Below are positions 59,701 through 64,000 of a DNA stretch of 64,000 nt, in pieces (the stretch's first letter is position 1; each line of letters opens with the position of its first letter). The translations under genes and the position numbers were made by a program. The stretch spans positions 38,747 to 102,746 of the forward strand of contig SMSO01000037.1 in assembly GCA_004764695.1 (NCBI GenBank), in the 5' to 3' direction. The notes under the pieces are model-generated. The model made no database searches and was not told where the DNA came from. It was given only the letters and a program-made list of their open reading frames with translations. Source of the DNA: Schizochytrium sp. TIO01 (Eukaryota > Protista > Bigyra: Labyrinthulomycetes).

Positions 59701-61251
59701 TTAGCTCAGCGCAATCGTGCCCAGCTTTGCGAGGTTTACTTCCAACACTTTGGACAGCACGTGCAGCCCATTACATTCAACTTGCACTTTTACTTCAAGT
59801 TGTCTCCATTTTTCAAATTTTTTTAATTATGAAACAAAACAAAAACATTTTCAACTGTTTGAAGAAAAAATATATGTAAACTAAAAGAAAGTGAAAAATA
59901 TTCATTCTTTCTTGAGAAAGACACAATTTCGTGAGCAGTTGCGATCTTAGCCGCATTCACCCTTGCTGCATCTCCACGACGGGGGCAATCACTGGTCTGC
60001 ATACCTTTGTATCCTTCCCTGACTCGAATCTTCAAAGTAGACAAAGCTCGATTTTTTGATGAATGAGACCGCCTTCCAATTTGCGATCACGATCCTCTCC
60101 CTTTCACTAGGAAGTCCGGACTTCCTCCCTTGCCTGCCTGCGCCTTTCTAGAGTTCTTTCATTTCATCATCGCAGCAACTTCAACGTCATCACATATCAA
60201 AAGAGAGCTCATCTTCTCAGAACATGCTGCCTGCAGTTTCGAATCGTATACGAATTTCTGTTTGTGTTTTTCCGAATGCCGCATTACCCATCTGTAAAGA
60301 CAAGGCCTACTTTCAAGCGAGTCTGCCTCCCTCTTCCCCCTTTTTGTTATTTCGTTTGCTTTTGTACATTGCACCCCTTTCTTTTCTTTTTTCAAAAGTA
60401 CACATCTCGCTCAGGCAATCTTGCCCAAGATGCGGTCGCCGTGGGCCACCAATTCGGCATTTCGAGCCGCCCGCGGATGGCCTGCAAGTAAGTCGCAGGC
60501 CTTCAAGCCCGGCGGCTGCCTGCCTGGCTGCCTGGCTGCCTGCCTCGAGCAAGACGCCTGACTAGTGATCGCTCGCTGTACGCGCATGCACGCCTTCCAC
60601 CAGTACCGCTGACTGAATCCCGCGCCACAAGCAAGAAATTCAGACCTCGCGGGAATCTTTCAGCTGCCGCCAGCTCTGGACGCCTCCAGCTCGCTCCTGT
60701 CGCACCAAGTAAGGCTGCCTACCAGTGTAAGGCCGCCAAGATGCGACGATTGTGCACCACAGGTTGAGCTGCTACAGCTGGAGGTGCTCATGGTAACGGT
60801 GCTGGAGGCCGTGGACCTGTACGAGCTGGAGGTCGGCAACGTGGATAAAGGAGCAAAAGCCCTAACTTAAACGGCAAGAATACCTTGTCAGCCTTCAGCT
60901 TGCTCGATCCGCGAGGGAATTAGAAGCAAGCAGCCCAGCTTCGTCCCGAATCGAGGTGGGCTTACGAGCCTGGGGCTGAATTCTGCCTCATGAAATGCAC
61001 GCTGTGAGTGGAGGCCCGGTTCGGCGATCATGCCTCTGAATGAATAGCGTCTCTGATTGCATTCATCTCACTCAAGTCAAACAAAGATGATGAGTATAAT
61101 GCCTTTAAAAAAAGGTAATTGTTGTTCCTTTTGGCCGATACTCTTAGTAGTCTTATCACTCTTACCTATCCGAAACTGTAATATAATCTACATGTGTCCC
61201 TGCTTATGTGCAGTGAGTGAATTCTGAGCTCAATACCAGGTTACACTATTC

Positions 61252-62823
61252 ATGACCGCCACAAGCGTCTCGCTCTCGGCGGGAACTGTCTTACTGCTTA
61301 CTGTGCTGGTTGTAGGGATATGTGTGAGCTATTCAGCGGGCGACCTAGAGCTGGATGGTGTAGCGGAGTGGGGCTTTGTGCAACGTACTGCCGGTGGACT
61401 TGTTGAAGGTGTTGCATTTGCAAACGCAACGATAGCTCAGGTTCCCTTTGAGAATCTCTCCCAGAGCGTGAGGTTAAGACGCCCGGCGCTGGTTCGAGCA
61501 GCAGAACCAGCCTTAGAATGGCCTGCCCTACGTCGCTGGAAGCAAAAAGGCTATCTCGCTGGGACTATAGATGAATTACATGTTGTTACCAGCGAGCAGC
61601 ATGTAAATATACACCTTGCCAAGGACCGTCCTATGGGTTCTTACATGAGCCAGCAACTGGAAGAGTCCAGGTCAAACGAGGAAAATGAAATACCAAGTTA
61701 TGAGCAAGAGCGTCGGCTTGCAGAAATGCAGGAATCTTTGCAACGTAAGCACTCTTCGCCTCGGATGAAGTACGTGGATCTAGAGTCTAAATTCCTGAAC
61801 TCAAACGTCGAGGACAACAACGAAAGAAACCTGGATCAGAATTATTACTACGGCACTACAAACTTGAAATCAATTTGTAATCGCACGCAACTCTGCAGTG
61901 ACCTGCCAGGTATATCTGCTTTGTTTGTACAAGATCCGTTGCTAAACAATGTTCCTACCGAAACGAATCAACTTTACATGTGGATTGGCAAACCTGGAGT
62001 TGTCGCGGGAACCCATTACGATGTCTTTCACAATCTTTTTGCACAAATCACAGGGCGGAAAAGATTTCTCATTATGAATATTACTGATGCAGAGAGGATT
62101 TTTCTTTTCCCTTACTTGCATCCACACTCTCGCCATTCCATGCTTGAGCTGGACAGCCTAGATATTGATTGGAAGAAATCAGACTTACCCGTTGAGATGC
62201 ATGTGATTGATCTTGAACCTGGGGATATTCTTTACATTCCGCCTCACTGGCTGCATCGGGTATTACCTCTCCCAAGCGATGACGACTTGTCGATAAGTGT
62301 GAACGGCTGGACGGCCAGCACCGAAGCCGTGTTTGCTGACTTTTTACGAAAGCTCCCTCTCCCGCCCTGGCTTCACCTTCAAGACACGGCGGTCCCGCAA
62401 AGGCTTGCAACGCTTTACCATTTGTGTGTATCCACCTTATTGGACACCTTGGTACCTGCAATATCTGATAGGAAGAAGTTCCTAGAGCAACTTCTTAAAC
62501 AAAGATACAACGGGAAGATTGCATCAATGCTCTCGTGCTCATCTTGCCCTTCAGGCCTTGCCACAGAATCATCCCAATCTGTTGAGGGTATTGGTACTAA
62601 CGATCAAGTCCTGCGTTCAAAGAAAGCTCTAGCTTTTGCCATGGAGAAGGCCTCTACAGTATCTCAAATTAAAAGTGAAGCACTTCGCATCCTAGCTGCA
62701 GATTATGTCGAAGTACTGATGCACCATGCATTTGGCTACCCGCAAGCATGTACGTATTTGCACTGTCTGATAGAAATGGCTAGCGAGCTCTCCGAAGATA
62801 CTGAGTGCTTGAACCTTGTGTAA
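61252..62823 (+). CDS. JmjC (Cupin_8; JMJD5/FIH-like) 2-oxoglutarate/Fe(II) dioxygenase with N-terminal signal peptide/anchor
   Basis: RRPALVR...WPALRRW, MWIGKPGVVAGTHYDVFHNLFAQITGRKRF and DLEPGDILYIPPHWLHRV...SISVN give an intact HxD...H triad plus the 2OG-binding Lys. The N-terminus is hydrophobic (VLLLTVLVVGICVSYSA). Confidence 0.9.
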   Translation: MTATSVSLSAGTVLLLTVLVVGICVSYSAGDLELDGVAEWGFVQRTAGGLVEGVAFANATIAQVPFENLSQSVRLRRPALVRAAEPALEWPALRRWKQKGYLAGTIDELHVVTSEQHVNIHLAKDRPMGSYMSQQLEESRSNEENEIPSYEQERRLAEMQESLQRKHSSPRMKYVDLESKFLNSNVEDNNERNLDQNYYYGTTNLKSICNRTQLCSDLPGISALFVQDPLLNNVPTETNQLYMWIGKPGVVAGTHYDVFHNLFAQITGRKRFLIMNITDAERIFLFPYLHPHSRHSMLELDSLDIDWKKSDLPVEMHVIDLEPGDILYIPPHWLHRVLPLPSDDDLSISVNGWTASTEAVFADFLRKLPLPPWLHLQDTAVPQRLATLYHLCVSTLLDTLVPAISDRKKFLEQLLKQRYNGKIASMLSCSSCPSGLATESSQSVEGIGTNDQVLRSKKALAFAMEKASTVSQIKSEALRILAADYVEVLMHHAFGYPQACTYLHCLIEMASELSEDTECLNLV

Positions 62824-64000
62824 GTCTCAGACTTAACATTTCCTAGCTTCATGTGAAAGTTAAACTTTCCATCCTTTGGAATCAGAGGCATGCATGACCA
62901 TGCAAAAGGATGTGATGCCTCGATCTTGTATCAATTTGTTTGACAGTGCACCAAGGGTTTATGTATCAAAGACTAATACACGCACTCGCGACTAATGTTC
63001 GATGGCTTTTGTACGTAATATAGATCAGCCAGAGCTACTGTTGAACGTGCATTAGACGTGGTATAACAGAAGTTCCTAACAAATTAAACTGTACTATAGA
63101 GGGAATGCGCAAGCGTTCTTCTTGATTGCATAATAATGGTCAGAGCAGACGTTTGGTATCAGTGCATGTACCCTCGATACTTTACAGCGAGGAGAAATAC
63201 AAGCCGATGGTTGAGAATCAGCATGACAATCTAATCTTGTAAATATTTATTCCCTTTAAAAATTTAATGCGGAGAGCCATGATCCTAATCACATCTGAGA
63301 GATGATATTCACTGTCGATAGGGTGTTGCTGAAAAATAACTCTAGTTAGCTTGAGGTTCACTGTAAAGATGTAGGCAAGGGACTTATTCAAGAGTTAGCG
63401 AACTGCTGTCCTGGAGAATAAATTCCAGGACAGATGGATTCATGTAGTATTTAAGGAGATTAAGACATTCTTGAAAGGTGTTAGAGATAATCAATGGGTT
63501 TAGGTTCATTCGACCTCTACAACCATCGATTCAAGTTACACCATGCTTGGATGTAGGTAATGTGTATTCCCACTTCTAGTTCTTGACTCTGGCAGTCACA
63601 TGAATCTGGCTGCCTATTCTTGCTCTATTGTAAACCCTATGTCTACTGGGGTTTCATAAAAGGACGCCAAGAACTCTAGAAATGTCTTGTCCACTAGTTC
63701 CTTCGATTGGAGATCTCAGCAGGTGTCAAACTGTAAAACTTGAGAAATGCCACTTGTACTCGACATTACTGACCTGATCTTGACTAATTAATACCTTGTT
63801 TTGGAAAAGTCGTAATGTCTAGAAGAAAGTATACTGGCTTAGAAATGAAGTCACAGCATGAAAGACATCCATACTCTGGCACCAGAACAAATCACAATAC
63901 GACACAGATTACAAAATACTGCTATGCTAATTCAAAAAGCAGTTTCCTTGGACTGTAACATACCTTGCTATAGTTATTCATATATTCTAGGATGTACTTT

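Noticed and set aside
60770-60870. Peptide DLYELEVGNVDKGAKALT* faintly resembling an LRR (GDEGAKA)
   Set aside because: Single short match with wrong spacing, no splice signals and an immediate stop; probably chance.

Overview
Eukaryotic window from a thraustochytrid (Labyrinthulomycetes); the 18S resembles Aurantiochytrium/Schizochytrium, recognised by eye and not by search. It is probably chromosome-end-proximal. From the left: three ~413-bp spacer repeats, then a single minus-strand 18S-5.8S-28S rDNA unit. A gene-poor zone (~8.7-24 kb) follows, holding the most unusual element, which the ORF track misses: a spliced minus-strand gene with an ATG exon (16103-16167) and 11 symmetrical 84-nt phase-2 exons. 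Each exon encodes one 28-aa ribonuclease-inhibitor-type leucine-rich repeat and sits in near-identical ~300-nt introns, each containing an inverted repeat. Amino-acid variation is concentrated at the exposed LxxLxLxxNxI positions, which looks like a diversifying, exon-shuffling recognition receptor. A WD40-repeat fragment lies nearby. The rest is ordinary gene space: actin, a PX-PH-TKL kinase with a ~190-aa insertion inside the kinase domain, a kinase pseudogene, an ArfGAP lacking its catalytic Arg, COQ10-like, a probable WDPCP/Fritz, a TAF15-like RRM protein, a GNAT, a WRKY19-like zinc-finger repeat protein with ~10 kb of upstream non-coding DNA, and a JmjC protein with a signal peptide or anchor. 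All assignments are from motif recognition only.
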